64,000 nt of DNA from Myxococcales bacterium (GTDB lineage Bacteria; Myxococcota_A; Polyangia; Polyangiales; Houyiibacteriaceae), in the NCBI GenBank assembly GCA_029862185.1, contig JAOTXX010000001.1, forward strand, positions 21,486-85,485, given 5' to 3'. The notes under the pieces are model-generated. The model was not told the origin of the DNA, ran no database searches, and saw only the letters and a program-made list of their open reading frames with translations. Each line of letters opens with the position of its first letter. Within the stretch, counting starts at the first letter, position 1. This document shows, piece after piece, positions 1 to 14,106 of this stretch. The position numbers and the translations under genes are program-made.

Positions 1-219
1 ACGATCGATCGTCCGGAGAATGTCGAAACGACTGCCTTAGGAGCTGCTTACTTAGCTGGCATGGCCGTTGGTGTTTTCAGCGGTCTGGATTCTGTTCTAG
101 ATGCTTACCGTATCGAGCGTAGCTTTGAGCCTCAGGTCACCCAAGCCGACAGAGACGGGCACTTGGAGCGATGGCGCGACGCGGTCCGGCGGGCGCGAAG
201 TACGATGGGAATAACATGA
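1..219 (+). CDS. glpK: Glycerol kinase, C-terminal fragment (5' end lies outside the window)
   Basis: Frame-1 translation TIDRPENVETTALGAAYLAGMAVGVFSGLDSVLDAYRIERSFEPQ...ERWRDAVRRARSTMGIT* carries the conserved FGGY-kinase C-terminal motif ETTALGAAYLAG-AVG. The stop TGA at 217-219 overlaps the next ATG (ATGA). Confidence 0.8.
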   Translation, partial: TIDRPENVETTALGAAYLAGMAVGVFSGLDSVLDAYRIERSFEPQVTQADRDGHLERWRDAVRRARSTMGIT

Positions 220-968
220 ATGAGAATGATGTCGGGCAAGACAAACAAGACAAACAAGACAAACACGAAGATGACGCACTAGCGGTACCCGTAGCCTGGG
301 AGGCACTCGAAGACGCATTCGAAAACAACGCACCCGAGGTGCATAGCTACTTGCACTTCGATACCGGAGAGGTGATTCGCATCGTCGATGGTGTTGCAGA
401 CCCGTCGATGCACACTCGCATCATGAACGACGCCCGGTATCTTCGAATCGATCCGGTCTCCTCGCGCGAGCAGTATCGATGGATGGAGCGTTTCATTGCG
501 ACGGTCGAAGACGAAGAGCTGAGGCGCCGGCTCAACATCGCCATCGACGGGAAAGGCGCGTTCCGCCGCTTCAAAGACGCGCTGATGAGCCATCCGGTGG
601 ACCGGGAGCGCTGGTTTGCCTTTCGTTCCGAGCGCTTGCGCTCTTGCATGGAGTCCTGGCTGACCGCCCATGGGATTCACTCTGTCGAGCGGCCCACCTG
701 GCACGTTCCGACGGCCCAGGAGGTCCAACCCATCGCAGTCGAGGAGCCGGTGGAGCCCAAAGCGAAACCCCTAGCTCGACCGGCGGCCAGCGACGTCCAG
801 CGGACCCGGCTTCACGAGCTCGTCGACGGACTTGCGTCTCAGGACATGGACCTGGCGCAGACCTACCTCGAGCTGCTTCGGGACCGGCGGCATGCCTCCA
901 AGTCTCCGGTCAAGGCAGGCCCCGAAGCCTCCGTCGCCGCGGCCGCCAAGTCCGCCGAAACCGAATAG
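216..968 (+). CDS. UPF0158 family protein
   Basis: The ORF from the ATG at 216 overlaps the glpK stop. The region YLRIDPVSSREQYRWMERFIATVEDEELRRRLNIAIDGKGAFRRFKDAL...RERWFAFR is typical of UPF0158. The track ORF start at 171 would overlap glpK, so 216 is preferred. Confidence 0.7.
   Translation: MNENDVGQDKQDKQDKHEDDALAVPVAWEALEDAFENNAPEVHSYLHFDTGEVIRIVDGVADPSMHTRIMNDARYLRIDPVSSREQYRWMERFIATVEDEELRRRLNIAIDGKGAFRRFKDALMSHPVDRERWFAFRSERLRSCMESWLTAHGIHSVERPTWHVPTAQEVQPIAVEEPVEPKAKPLARPAASDVQRTRLHELVDGLASQDMDLAQTYLELLRDRRHASKSPVKAGPEASVAAAAKSAETE
237..263 (+). repeat. Perfect 9-bp tandem repeat (caagacaaa) x3, in frame, encoding QDKQDKQDK
   Basis: Read directly: caagacaaa at 237-245, 246-254 and 255-263, with a partial fourth copy (ca). 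It lies in the N-terminal region of the UPF0158 ORF. Confidence 0.9.
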
Positions 969-1123
969 AACCCCGACACCCCTTCTAGCCTAGGCCGGCT
1001 TGCATGGCTCAACCACAACATGTAGTGGGGGTCACAGGCTGACCTTCGCTTCTGGTCGCGCAAACCGTTGCAATCTCGTATGTTCAGTGATAGCCACGTC
1101 CAACTACTCCTTTGGGGGGCAGC

Positions 1124-4729
<3,606 letters not shown>

Positions 4730-4797
4730 GGGACACTCTCTACCCTCGTAACCAACGAGAATTACTGCGCTCCCCAGCGAAGGATCGCAGGGTGGTT

Positions 4798-5519
4798 CTA
4801 GTTGGCTAGATGGGGTGCTTTCGCGTTCGTAATCGTGACGGGACCCAGGAAATCTTCATACGGCTCATCGTTGACGGTGATGAAACCGAAGTTGTTGTCC
4901 TACGATGTACGGCGCATCGAAGCACTGTTGCACATACTCGTCGTACGCAGACGCTCGCTCCGCCTGCGTGTCGTAGGTCAGATAGTTGGGCGGTCAAGTG
5001 TTGGGCGGGTCGCTCTCCCTGCTCCGCAACGAAAACTCGGGCGCGATGAGCAATAGACCCGAAAGCTCGTAATACGCGCTGAGCCAACCGTCGATTGGCA
5101 CCAAGGGCCCCCCGGTATCGTCGCGCAGAGGCACGACCCGTTGTTCGGCGATGGTTGCGACGCGCTCGAGGAATTCCTCGGAGAAGAAGTCGGCTTGGCC
5201 GCCCCCGTAATTCAGCCAAACCGTGTACGGCATCAGCGGCGCGAATAGATCAGCTTCGGACCGTGCACCGACCGTGTTGAAGCCACAGGACTCCAAACGC
5301 GCCGCTGTGGTCTCGGCCCAGGCCTCAGGGCTGTCGTAGATTCGATCCACCGCCTCGCAGTCGGGGCAGATGCCTGTTGCCTGGTCGGTATCGCCGCGGG
5401 GGTCCACGTCGTTCACGCCAACCGAGTCAAACGCTTCGCCCCCCGGTGTGATCAGCCATCAGTGAGACTGCGCCAAAGACACCATGTCCGATTCCCAGCC
5501 GCAGCAACGCACGTCTCAT
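4798..5519 (-). pseudogene. Decayed secreted-protein gene (possibly glycoside-hydrolase-like), with two frameshifts and one in-frame stop
   Basis: The ATG at 5519 is preceded by GAGAAGGA and encodes a signal-like peptide MRRALLRLGIGHGVFGAVSLMA. The frame breaks at a C6 run (5439-5444). The 140-aa ORF (4994-5416) ends at a TGA that sits inside a near-perfect direct duplication (gttgggcggtc at 4985-4995, gttgggcgggtc at 5000-5011). The same frame then continues PPNYLTYDTQAERASAYDEYVQQCFDAPYIVG. A further shift near 4885-4900 gives GFITVNDEPYEDFLGPVTITNAKAPHLAN*. Confidence 0.5.
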
Positions 5520-5598
5520 CGTCCTTCTCTCCGAGCCCGTTCCCGCGGAGCTTAGCATTTGGGCTCCGCCAAGGTAGGATTCGTCCACGCGGGGCAGG

Positions 5599-6930
5599 GT
5601 GAGAATCCAAAATTCAGATTCGCAGGCGTGCGCCTCGGGCCGAGGGTTCCTCGATCTGTGGTCCGGGGTCGGTCTGGTGGTCGCAAACATGATCGGCGCC
5701 GGGGTGTTCCTGAGCGCAGGATTCATGGCGCAGGAGCTCAGCGCCGGATGGATCCTCGCAGCCTGGGGAATCGGAGGCCTACTCGCGATGGCAGGGGCGC
5801 GCACCTACGCCGAGGCTGCCGTGATGATTCCACGGTCAGGTGGCGAGTACCGCTATCTGTCCGACCTTCTCCACCCCGCTCTCGGCTATCTCGCCGGCTG
5901 GGCTTCGTTGCTCGTGGGTTTCTCCGCACCGATGGCCGTGAGCGCCTTTGCCGCGGCAGCGTTTGCATCCGCCGTGTTCGGACCAGCCGATGCGCGCATC
6001 GGAGCGACTGCCCTCATCGCCGCGCTGACGGTGTTTCATGCCACCGGGCTTCGGCTCTCGAAGTGGACCCAGAACGGGCTCGTGATCATCAAAGGCATGC
6101 TCATTCTCGCCTTCGTGGCGCTGGGCCTTTCCTTGGGTGAATCGCGGTGGCCGAGTTGGGCGCCGCCGAGCGAGCCACCAAGCCTTGCACTTTCGTTTGC
6201 GAGCAGCCTCTTCTTCGTCGCGTACGCGTTTTCGGGATGGAATGCGGCGGCCTACGCGGCAGAAGACTTTCAGGCACCGCGCCGTGACGTCCCACGCGCG
6301 ATGTTGATCGGCTGCGCGCTCGTTGGAGTCGCGTACCTCTTGGTTAACTGGATTCTGGTCGTGAACCTCAGCCCGGAGCGAGCGCAGGTCGTCTTCGAGT
6401 ACGAAGAAGCAAGAGTCACGCTCGGACACCTCGTGGCCCGGGACTTGCTCGGAGAGCTCGGAGCGAGCGTCATGTCCTTGGGCATCGCTGCGATCATGGT
6501 CTCGAGCAGCAGCGCGATGCTCTTGGTCGGTCCGCGTGTCTATGCGGAGATGGCTCGTGACGGGTTTCTGCCCTCGTTTTTGCGCGGCACTGCTGGAGCG
6601 CCACCTCGCGCAGCCGTCGTTCTTCAGGGCGCGCTCGCGATTGCCCTTCTGTACCTGCACAGCGTCGGGGAGCTGCTCATCAACGTGGCGGGCGTTCTCG
6701 TCTTCTTTTCAGCCCTCGTGGCGGTCGGCCTCTTCTCGGCCCGGCGATACCGGCCGGACCTCCGAACGCCGCGCCCCTGGGCGCTCGGTGCCGCGGCGAT
6801 CTACGCCGGTTCTGCGGTTTGGATGCTCTACAGCGCGTTCAAAGCGCAAACGGGCCTCCTCCCATGGATCGGTATTGCGACCGGCACCGCCCTGATCGGC
6901 TATGCGCTGAGCGCAAGGCGGACTAGCTGA
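5599..6930 (+). CDS. APC-family amino acid permease
   Basis: 443 aa and polytopic. The N-terminal motif [20 protein letters not shown] and multiple hydrophobic helices are typical of the amino acid/polyamine/organocation superfamily. Start is GTG. Confidence 0.8.
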   Translation: MRIQNSDSQACASGRGFLDLWSGVGLVVANMIGAGVFLSAGFMAQELSAGWILAAWGIGGLLAMAGARTYAEAAVMIPRSGGEYRYLSDLLHPALGYLAGWASLLVGFSAPMAVSAFAAAAFASAVFGPADARIGATALIAALTVFHATGLRLSKWTQNGLVIIKGMLILAFVALGLSLGESRWPSWAPPSEPPSLALSFASSLFFVAYAFSGWNAAAYAAEDFQAPRRDVPRAMLIGCALVGVAYLLVNWILVVNLSPERAQVVFEYEEARVTLGHLVARDLLGELGASVMSLGIAAIMVSSSSAMLLVGPRVYAEMARDGFLPSFLRGTAGAPPRAAVVLQGALAIALLYLHSVGELLINVAGVLVFFSALVAVGLFSARRYRPDLRTPRPWALGAAAIYAGSAVWMLYSAFKAQTGLLPWIGIATGTALIGYALSARRTS

Positions 6931-9205
6931 CGATTGCGTCCAACGCCGAAGCATGGGACTCGGCGAGCTCTTCGACCGGTACCTCACACACGCCTTCAAT
7001 CGCAACGGTTTGGCCGCTGACGGTTCCGATCTTTTCGAAGGGCACACCGTATCGCGCGCAGACATCACCAACCTCACCGACCTTGCTCGCGGAAAGGCTG
7101 ACGAGGATTCGCGTCGGCTCTTCGCTGAAGAGCAGGGCGTGCGCCGGCGCGTCTTCACTCGAGGGAAGGCTGACCCGGGCGCCGTGGCCGTGCGCAATGC
7201 AAGATTCGGCCAGCGCCACCGCAAAGCCGCCGTCGCTGATGTCGTGCGCGCTCCTGAGAAGCTTTTTGCGAGCGAGATCGAGCATCGCGTGCTGCAACTC
7301 GGCCTCTGCATCGAGGTCGATCCCGACGGGCGCGCCCGTATCCGAGCCGCTGTGCTGCACGAGCCATTCCGAGCCCCCGAGGACCCCGCGCGAAGGGCGC
7401 CCGAGGTGCGCGATGACATCGCCTTCAGACAGAAACCCGAGTCCGAGGCGATGATCGGGGTCTTCGAGTTGGCCCACCACGGCAACCGTCGGTGTCGGCA
7501 GAATGGCCTTGCCATCGGTCTCGTTGTAGAGGCTGACGTTGCCTGACACGACCGGCGCGCCCAACGCGCTGCACGCAGCGGCCAAGCCGTCGATCGCCTG
7601 TGAGAAGCGCCACATCTGCTCCGGCACTTTGGGGTTACCAAAATTCAAGCAGTCGGTGAGGCCAAGCGGCTTCGCTCCGACGCAGACGATGTTGCGCGTG
7701 CACTCGGCGACCGCCATCGCTGCGCCCGCGTAAGGGTCGAGCTCCACATGCCGGCCGTTGCAGTCGACGGATACGGCGAGGAACTTTTCGCGGGTGCCAC
7801 TGGCATCCTCGCAGAACGCTCGAATCACCGCGGCGTCCCCGTCGCCAGGACGAATCACGGTTCCATTTCGAACGATGTGATCGTACTGACGCCAGATCCA
7901 GGCACGGCTTCCGATGTTGGGCGAGCCGATGAGGCGCACGAGCTCGGCGCCCAGGTCTTCGGGAGCATCGCCGGCCATCGTGAACAGCGTGGCCCCTTTG
8001 GCCCGTCCTTGCTGAGGTCGGTCGTACTTGGGTGCCGCGTTCGTGAGCAGGTCGACCGGCAGATCCACGACGACGACGGGATTGGGCTCGCCTGTGCCAT
8101 CGAAGGGGTCGTAGCCGGGAGTCGCGTTGCAAACGAAGCGCCCGGTGTCGGTCACGCGGCCGACGATCGACGCATCGAGGTCCCACTTGGCACAGATGTC
8201 GAACACCTCTTGCTCGCGTCCCGCTTTGGCGACCATCAGCATGCGTTCTTGAGACTCGCTCAGGAGCATCTCGTAAGGGCTCAATGCTTTGGTCCGGCGC
8301 GGAATCGCGTCGAGGTCGAGCTCGATGCCATTGCCCGCACGGTCTGCCATTTCGACCGAAGACGAGGTCAGCCCCGCCGCACCCATGTCCTGCACGCCCG
8401 ACAAGCAATCGGTCGCGAAGATTTCGAGGCAGGCTTCGAGGAGCAGTTTCTCCATGAAGGGATCGCCCACCTGCACGGTCGGGAGCTTGCTGTCGGTCTC
8501 CTCGCCAAACTCGGCGCTCGCCATGGTGGCGCCGTGAATTCCGTCGCGACCAGTCTTGGCGCCTACGTAGATGATCGGGTTGCCGATGCCTTCTGCAACT
8601 CCGAAGAAGAGGTCTTCGGTCTTGGCAATGCCCACCGTAAACGCGTTGACCAGGATGTTGCCGTCGTAGCTCGTGTCGAATTGCACTTCACCGCCCACGG
8701 TCGGGACGCCGATGCAGTTGCCGTAGCCGCCGATGCCCGCGACCACGCCCTTGAGCAGCTGGGGAGTCCTCGGATGATCGGGGCGCCCAAATCGAAGGGA
8801 GTTCAGCGACGCCACTGGACGCGCACCCATCGTGAACACGTCGCGCAAGATGCCACCGACACCTGTCGCCGCGCCCTGGTACGGTTCGATATACGACGGA
8901 TGGTTGTGCGACTCCATCTTGAACACCGCGCAGAAGCCATCCCCGATGTCGACCGCCCCGGCGTTTTCGCCCGGCCCTTGAACCACTTGCGGGCCGGTCG
9001 TCGGCAGCCGAGCGAGATGAACGCGAGAAGACTTGTACGAGCAGTGCTCGGACCACATCACGCTGATGACCCCGAGCTCTGCATAACTCGGCAAGCGGGA
9101 GAGGGTGCTCAGGACACGTTCCCACTCCTCCGACACAAGCCCGAACTCGCGGGCGATCTCAGGCGAGCTATCGGGCTCTCCAGGAAAGTTCGCTGGTGTA
9201 CTCAT
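6923..9205 (-). CDS. purL: Phosphoribosylformylglycinamidine synthase subunit PurL (small PurL type)
   Basis: 760 aa. Motifs include [33 protein letters not shown] and the duplicated AIR-synthase-like domains. Confidence 0.95.
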   Translation of the reverse strand: MSTPANFPGEPDSSPEIAREFGLVSEEWERVLSTLSRLPSYAELGVISVMWSEHCSYKSSRVHLARLPTTGPQVVQGPGENAGAVDIGDGFCAVFKMESHNHPSYIEPYQGAATGVGGILRDVFTMGARPVASLNSLRFGRPDHPRTPQLLKGVVAGIGGYGNCIGVPTVGGEVQFDTSYDGNILVNAFTVGIAKTEDLFFGVAEGIGNPIIYVGAKTGRDGIHGATMASAEFGEETDSKLPTVQVGDPFMEKLLLEACLEIFATDCLSGVQDMGAAGLTSSSVEMADRAGNGIELDLDAIPRRTKALSPYEMLLSESQERMLMVAKAGREQEVFDICAKWDLDASIVGRVTDTGRFVCNATPGYDPFDGTGEPNPVVVVDLPVDLLTNAAPKYDRPQQGRAKGATLFTMAGDAPEDLGAELVRLIGSPNIGSRAWIWRQYDHIVRNGTVIRPGDGDAAVIRAFCEDASGTREKFLAVSVDCNGRHVELDPYAGAAMAVAECTRNIVCVGAKPLGLTDCLNFGNPKVPEQMWRFSQAIDGLAAACSALGAPVVSGNVSLYNETDGKAILPTPTVAVVGQLEDPDHRLGLGFLSEGDVIAHLGRPSRGVLGGSEWLVQHSGSDTGAPVGIDLDAEAELQHAMLDLARKKLLRSAHDISDGGFAVALAESCIAHGHGARVSLPSSEDAPAHALLFSEEPTRILVSLSASKVGEVGDVCARYGVPFEKIGTVSGQTVAIEGVCEVPVEELAESHASALDAIVS

Positions 9206-9897
9206 GCGAACCCCAAGTGACGTCGAAGCGATGTGAATAGCGCGAGCCCGGCATCGTTGCCGAGGATGGCTTCGCTTGCCCGTTCGGGATGCGGCATCAT
9301 GCCGAGCACGTTCTTCTCCCGGTTGTAGAGGCCGGCGATGTCACCGACCGAGCCGTTCGGATTGGCATCGCTGCCCTTGGGCTCGCCGCCGCCGTGCGTG
9401 CAATAGCGAAAAGCGATTTGTCCGTGGCGCTCGAGCTCGGCGAGACCTTCCTCGGTCGTGTGATACCGGCCGTCGGCGTGCGCAATGGGGAGACGGAGCA
9501 CTTTGCCGGTACCCATGTCGGTGAAGGGACCTTCGTTTTCAACCCGCAGATAGATGTCGCGGCACTCGAAGCGAAGGTGGGCATTCCTGGTCAATGCCCC
9601 GGGAAGGAGCCCCATCTCCGTCAGAATCTGAAAGCCGTTGCAGATCCCGAGGACCGGGCCTCCGCGGCCGGCGAACTCGCGGACCGCGTTGTCGATCGGG
9701 CTGAAACCTGCGATTGCGCCGGCCCGCAGGTAGTCTCCGTACGAGAAACCGCCAGGAATCACGACCGCGTCCGCGTCGCCCAGGCTCGTCTGTTTATGGA
9801 AAGCGTACCAGGCGTCTGCACCCAAGACGTCGCGCACTGCGTGCAGGGCGTCCCAGTCGGCATTGGAGCCTGGAAATTGTAAGACAGCGACTCTCAT
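9202..9897 (-). CDS. purQ: Phosphoribosylformylglycinamidine synthase glutaminase subunit PurQ
   Basis: [16 protein letters not shown]...GICNGFQIL...MMPHPER is a class I glutamine amidotransferase triad. The stop overlaps the purL start (ATGA). The internal ATG at 9897 is preferred over the track start at 9954. Confidence 0.93.
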   Translation of the reverse strand: MRVAVLQFPGSNADWDALHAVRDVLGADAWYAFHKQTSLGDADAVVIPGGFSYGDYLRAGAIAGFSPIDNAVREFAGRGGPVLGICNGFQILTEMGLLPGALTRNAHLRFECRDIYLRVENEGPFTDMGTGKVLRLPIAHADGRYHTTEEGLAELERHGQIAFRYCTHGGGEPKGSDANPNGSVGDIAGLYNREKNVLGMMPHPERASEAILGNDAGLALFTSLRRHLGFA

Positions 9898-9967
9898 CTG
9901 ACGGGTCCGTGGTCCTCGGCGCGCGGAGCATAGAACGGACCGGCCGGCAGGCAACGCGGAACCGACG

Positions 9968-10594
9968 CTATCGAATCAGCTCCAAATAACCATGGCTGAT
10001 CTCGGGCTCGAGCCCTTCCACCGGGGTCATCCGCAACACGATCGTCCCTCGACAGCTAGACGCGTCCACAAGCCCATAGGCACGGCTGTCCTGTCCCATG
10101 TAGCCGCGGTAGTCGCCGAGGAGGTAGAGCTTGCCCGCAGGGACCTCCGTCTTTTCGACGTGGTGCCGACGATTCTGGCCTAGGAAGATGCGGTGCTTGC
10201 CGGCCCCAAGGTACTCGTCGCCCCAGGTCACCTGCACCGTCCGGTCGGTGTCGACATTGTAGAACATGGCGCTGCCGCCTCCATTGTAGTCGACCGGCTT
10301 CCCATCGATGAGCAGCTCGGTGCCGAACGAATTGATCGTCATCCCTTCGGTTGCCGCGACCCGCGCAACGACCCAGCCGACCTCGGTTGGATGCTGGCAA
10401 ACCGCGATTGATCCGAGTGTCGGGGTCGCTCGTTTGTTGATCAGGACGCGCTCTCCCCGGAGCAACGTGGGCGCCATTCCGTTGTGTCCGACCTCGGCCA
10501 TGTCGAACAGGAGCACTTTGAGCAATAGCGCAATGACGATGAGGATGGCGCCCACCCACGAAAGGCATCCAAGCCCACTGCGAATCGCCCCCAT
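9968..10594 (-). CDS. Signal peptidase I (S26) homolog lacking the Ser/Lys catalytic dyad
   Basis: One N-terminal TM helix is followed by S26 boxes: GHNGMAPTLLRGERVLIN (canonical GDSMxPTL), VVARVAATEGM (canonical KRViGlPGD) and LLGDYRGYMGQDSRAYG (canonical GDNRxxSxDSR). Confidence 0.75.
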   Translation of the reverse strand: MGAIRSGLGCLSWVGAILIVIALLLKVLLFDMAEVGHNGMAPTLLRGERVLINKRATPTLGSIAVCQHPTEVGWVVARVAATEGMTINSFGTELLIDGKPVDYNGGGSAMFYNVDTDRTVQVTWGDEYLGAGKHRIFLGQNRRHHVEKTEVPAGKLYLLGDYRGYMGQDSRAYGLVDASSCRGTIVLRMTPVEGLEPEISHGYLELIR

Positions 10595-10602
10595 GCACCT
10601 GG

Positions 10603-11241
10603 CTATTCGCCGTTCGGGAGGTGCTTGTCAAGCTCGCGAATGAAGAGCCGCACGGCTTCGTTGGGCTGCTCGGACGCATAGACCGCCCGCCGGATGGCGA
10701 CACCGAACGCGCCCGCGCGAAGTAAGGGCGTCAAATCCTCGGGCCGCACGCCGCCCAGGGCATATGTCGGCATTTCGACACCGGCGATCGCGGCTCGAAA
10801 ACCATGAACGCCCATGGGGCGAGTCTTGCCGGGGACGTGAAAGATGGGGCTCAAGAAGGCATAGCTCGCGCGCGCTCGCTCCGCGGCTTCAAGGCCCCGG
10901 CGATCGTGACGCGAGACACCAAGGATACGAACGGAAGGCCAATGCTGGCGAATCTCGGTTGGGGGAAGGCCCAGCTCCGGCACGTGCACGCCGTCCGCCC
11001 CGATGATCTCCGCGAGATCTGTCCGTCGGTTCACCGTCAGCGCATTGCCGGTGTCCCGTGTGATCGCGCGCAACTCGTGTCCCCATTGCACGATCTGCCG
11101 ATCGGACGCCCGCTTCGCGCGAAGCTGCACACCCAACACAGCGGGCGGGCACCCTTCGAGGGCGCGTCGCACCGGCGCGACCGGACCGTCGGGGTGGTTC
11201 GGATCCGTGATGATCCAGATCCGCGGAAGGCCTTGGGTCAT
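10603..11241 (-). CDS. thiE: Thiamine-phosphate synthase
   Basis: MTQGLPRIWIITDP...GVQLRAK...GVHVPE...FLSPIFHVPGK...YALGGV matches the ThiE/TenI fold. The ATG at 11241 lies 10 nt after the thiG stop. Confidence 0.85.
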   Translation of the reverse strand: MTQGLPRIWIITDPNHPDGPVAPVRRALEGCPPAVLGVQLRAKRASDRQIVQWGHELRAITRDTGNALTVNRRTDLAEIIGADGVHVPELGLPPTEIRQHWPSVRILGVSRHDRRGLEAAERARASYAFLSPIFHVPGKTRPMGVHGFRAAIAGVEMPTYALGGVRPEDLTPLLRAGAFGVAIRRAVYASEQPNEAVRLFIRELDKHLPNGE

Positions 11242-11251
11242 CGCGACGGAC

Positions 11252-12049
<798 letters not shown>

Positions 12050-12250
12050 CTAGCCGCCTCCTACGAAATGAACCACCTCGACTCGGTCACCGTCGCTGAG
12101 ATGGGTGCTCTCGTGCTGGGCCCGCGGGACGACTTCTTCGTTGCGCTCGACGGCCACCAAGGTGTCCCCGAGGCCGAGAAAGGAAAGCAACTGCTTTACC
12201 GTCGTGCTCGGCTCGACCTGCCGTTCTTCACCGTTGACCAGGAGACGCAT
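12050..12250 (-). CDS. thiS: Sulfur carrier protein ThiS
   Basis: 66 aa, beginning [12 protein letters not shown] and ending VVHFVGGG (C-terminal GG). It lies immediately upstream of thiG. Confidence 0.85.
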   Translation of the reverse strand: MRLLVNGEERQVEPSTTVKQLLSFLGLGDTLVAVERNEEVVPRAQHESTHLSDGDRVEVVHFVGGG

Positions 12251-12336
12251 CGGCCGAAAGCGTAGGGCGGGCGCAGAGGCGCTGCAAGCGGGTTCGAAGA
12301 TGGGCGCGCCTCCTTCTGGATGATAGGCTCGGTCGC

Positions 12337-13206
12337 GTGAAGCGCATCGTCCATGGCGACAATTTGCAGGTACTCCAGACGCTCCCTCGCGAGCATGCGC
12401 GCCTGATCTACATCGACCCGCCCTTCAACACCGGGCGGACGCAATCTCGCCAGCGAATGAAGGTGCGCGCTGCAGCCCAAGGCAAGCGCGAAGGGTTTGG
12501 CGGCCGCCGTTACGAGGTCGAGCGGCTCGACAGCCCCGTGTACGAAGACGAGTACGACGAATACCTTTCCTTCCTGATGAGTCGAATCGAAGCGGCGCTG
12601 CCCTGCCTAACCCGCGACGGTTCGCTCTTCGTGCACCTCGACTATCGCGAAGTGCACTACGTGAAGGTCGCCCTCGATCGCCTGCTCGGCCGAGATCGTT
12701 TCCGCAACGAGATTATCTGGGCGTACGACTTTGGTGGGCGGCCGAAGCGCCGGTGGCCCGCCAAGCACGACACGCTGCTCTGGTATGTGCTCGACCCCAA
12801 GCGCTACGTCTTTCAGTTCGAAGAAATGGACCGAATTCCGTACATGGCGCCCGGGCTAGTAGGCAAAGAGAAGGCCGCAAGGGGCAAGACGCCGACGGAC
12901 GTCTGGTGGCACACGATCGTTCCGACCAATGGCAAAGAGAAGACAGGCTACCCGACGCAGAAGCCGCTGGGTGTGCTGGACCGCATCATCAAGGTGCACA
13001 CCGAGCCCGGCGACACGGTTCTGGACTTCTTTGCGGGAAGTGGGACGACCGGCGAAGCTGCAGCGCGCCTAGGCAGAGGCTTCGTGCTCGTCGACGAACA
13101 TCCTGAGGCGATCGAAATCATGCGCAGACGCCTCGCCCAATGGCAGCCGGGGATCGAGATTCACGGTGGAGATCAACGGGGCACCAGCTCGACCTCGAAG
13201 AGCTGA
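12337..13206 (+). CDS. Site-specific DNA methyltransferase, beta-class N6A/N4C (N4_N6 MTase family)
   Basis: Motif IV ([10 protein letters not shown]) precedes motif I ([14 protein letters not shown]), and YPTQKP is present. No nuclease gene is adjacent. Confidence 0.85.
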   Translation: MKRIVHGDNLQVLQTLPREHARLIYIDPPFNTGRTQSRQRMKVRAAAQGKREGFGGRRYEVERLDSPVYEDEYDEYLSFLMSRIEAALPCLTRDGSLFVHLDYREVHYVKVALDRLLGRDRFRNEIIWAYDFGGRPKRRWPAKHDTLLWYVLDPKRYVFQFEEMDRIPYMAPGLVGKEKAARGKTPTDVWWHTIVPTNGKEKTGYPTQKPLGVLDRIIKVHTEPGDTVLDFFAGSGTTGEAAARLGRGFVLVDEHPEAIEIMRRRLAQWQPGIEIHGGDQRGTSSTSKS

Positions 13207-14030
13207 GGCCAAAGCTTTCCTGTGACGAGGAATGTTTTCGAATCGGCCTTGTAGGCGATTCCGTTGAGGACGTCGGCCCGCAGCGATTCCAACCTCGTCA
13301 GCAGGTCGCTCGCATCGATGCTGGCGGTGACGCGACCGGTCTTGGAATCGATGCGGAGAATCTCGTCGCTCCGCCAGACGTTGGCGTAGATGTCAGAGTC
13401 CACGCATTCGAGCTCGTTGAGTCGCGGCACAGGAAGCCCCTCTTTCATGACGCTGACCTCGCGAAGCACCTCCATGGACTTCGGATCGCGAAATTCCAAA
13501 ATCGAAGAGCCATCGCTCATCACCAATGCCGTCCCGTCGAAACACAGACCCCACCCCTCACCGCGGTAGCGAAGTGTCGTTCGCCGTTCGAGCGTCGCCA
13601 AGTCTGAAACCAGCGCGAGCCCGGATCGCCAGGTGAGCTGGACCAATTGGTCATCGACCCGCGCCAGCCCTTCGCCGAAGAAATCGGGATCGAGCTCGCG
13701 TCGTGCGAGAACCTTGCCATCTTCGAGACGGACCTTGCGCAGCGATGACTTTCCGTATTGACCGGTGCTTTCGTACATGACGCCGTCATGCCAAATGAGA
13801 CCCTGGGTAAACGCGTCTTTGTCGTGCGGGTACTGACGAAGGACGCGGACACGAAGCGCTTCGGGTGCTGGCCCACCCACGGGGTGAGTTGTGTCGGTGG
13901 GCGTCACGTGGACTGGTGACACGGTTTCTTCGGCGGGCTTCCCGCAGCCGGGAGCCACCGCCGCCGCGACTGCCGCGAGGCCGGCTACGAGCATCTCCCA
14001 ATCCACTTGGCGTCGGTGAGCCTGTGTCAT
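13173..14030 (-). CDS. Glutaminyl-peptide cyclotransferase (beta-propeller type), probable lipoprotein
   Basis: YPHDKDAFTQGLIWHDGVMYESTGQYGKSSLRKV...LNELECVD...IYANVW is typical of bacterial and plant glutamine cyclotransferase. The N-terminus LVAGLAAVAAAVAPGC has a lipobox. Confidence 0.8.
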   Translation of the reverse strand: MTQAHRRQVDWEMLVAGLAAVAAAVAPGCGKPAEETVSPVHVTPTDTTHPVGGPAPEALRVRVLRQYPHDKDAFTQGLIWHDGVMYESTGQYGKSSLRKVRLEDGKVLARRELDPDFFGEGLARVDDQLVQLTWRSGLALVSDLATLERRTTLRYRGEGWGLCFDGTALVMSDGSSILEFRDPKSMEVLREVSVMKEGLPVPRLNELECVDSDIYANVWRSDEILRIDSKTGRVTASIDASDLLTRLESLRADVLNGIAYKADSKTFLVTGKLWPQLFEVELVPR

Positions 14031-14106
14031 CCAGACCGGAGCCTAGCCTTCGGACGTTGGGACGCCAATGCTTGACGCCGACGGTGCCAACCGTTAGCTC
14101 CAAACC

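Noticed and set aside
4994-4996. The in-frame TGA in the decayed gene as a selenocysteine or read-through codon.
   Set aside because: The TGA sits inside an obvious short direct duplication, the gene has additional frameshifts, and no SECIS-like hairpin follows.
12251-12336. Possible TPP (THI-box) riboswitch upstream of thiS.
   Set aside because: Only 86 nt are available. The conserved CUGAGA and ACCUGAUCUGGAUAAUGCCAGCG cores are absent. Only a generic 7-bp hairpin (GAGGCGC...GCGCCTC) is present.
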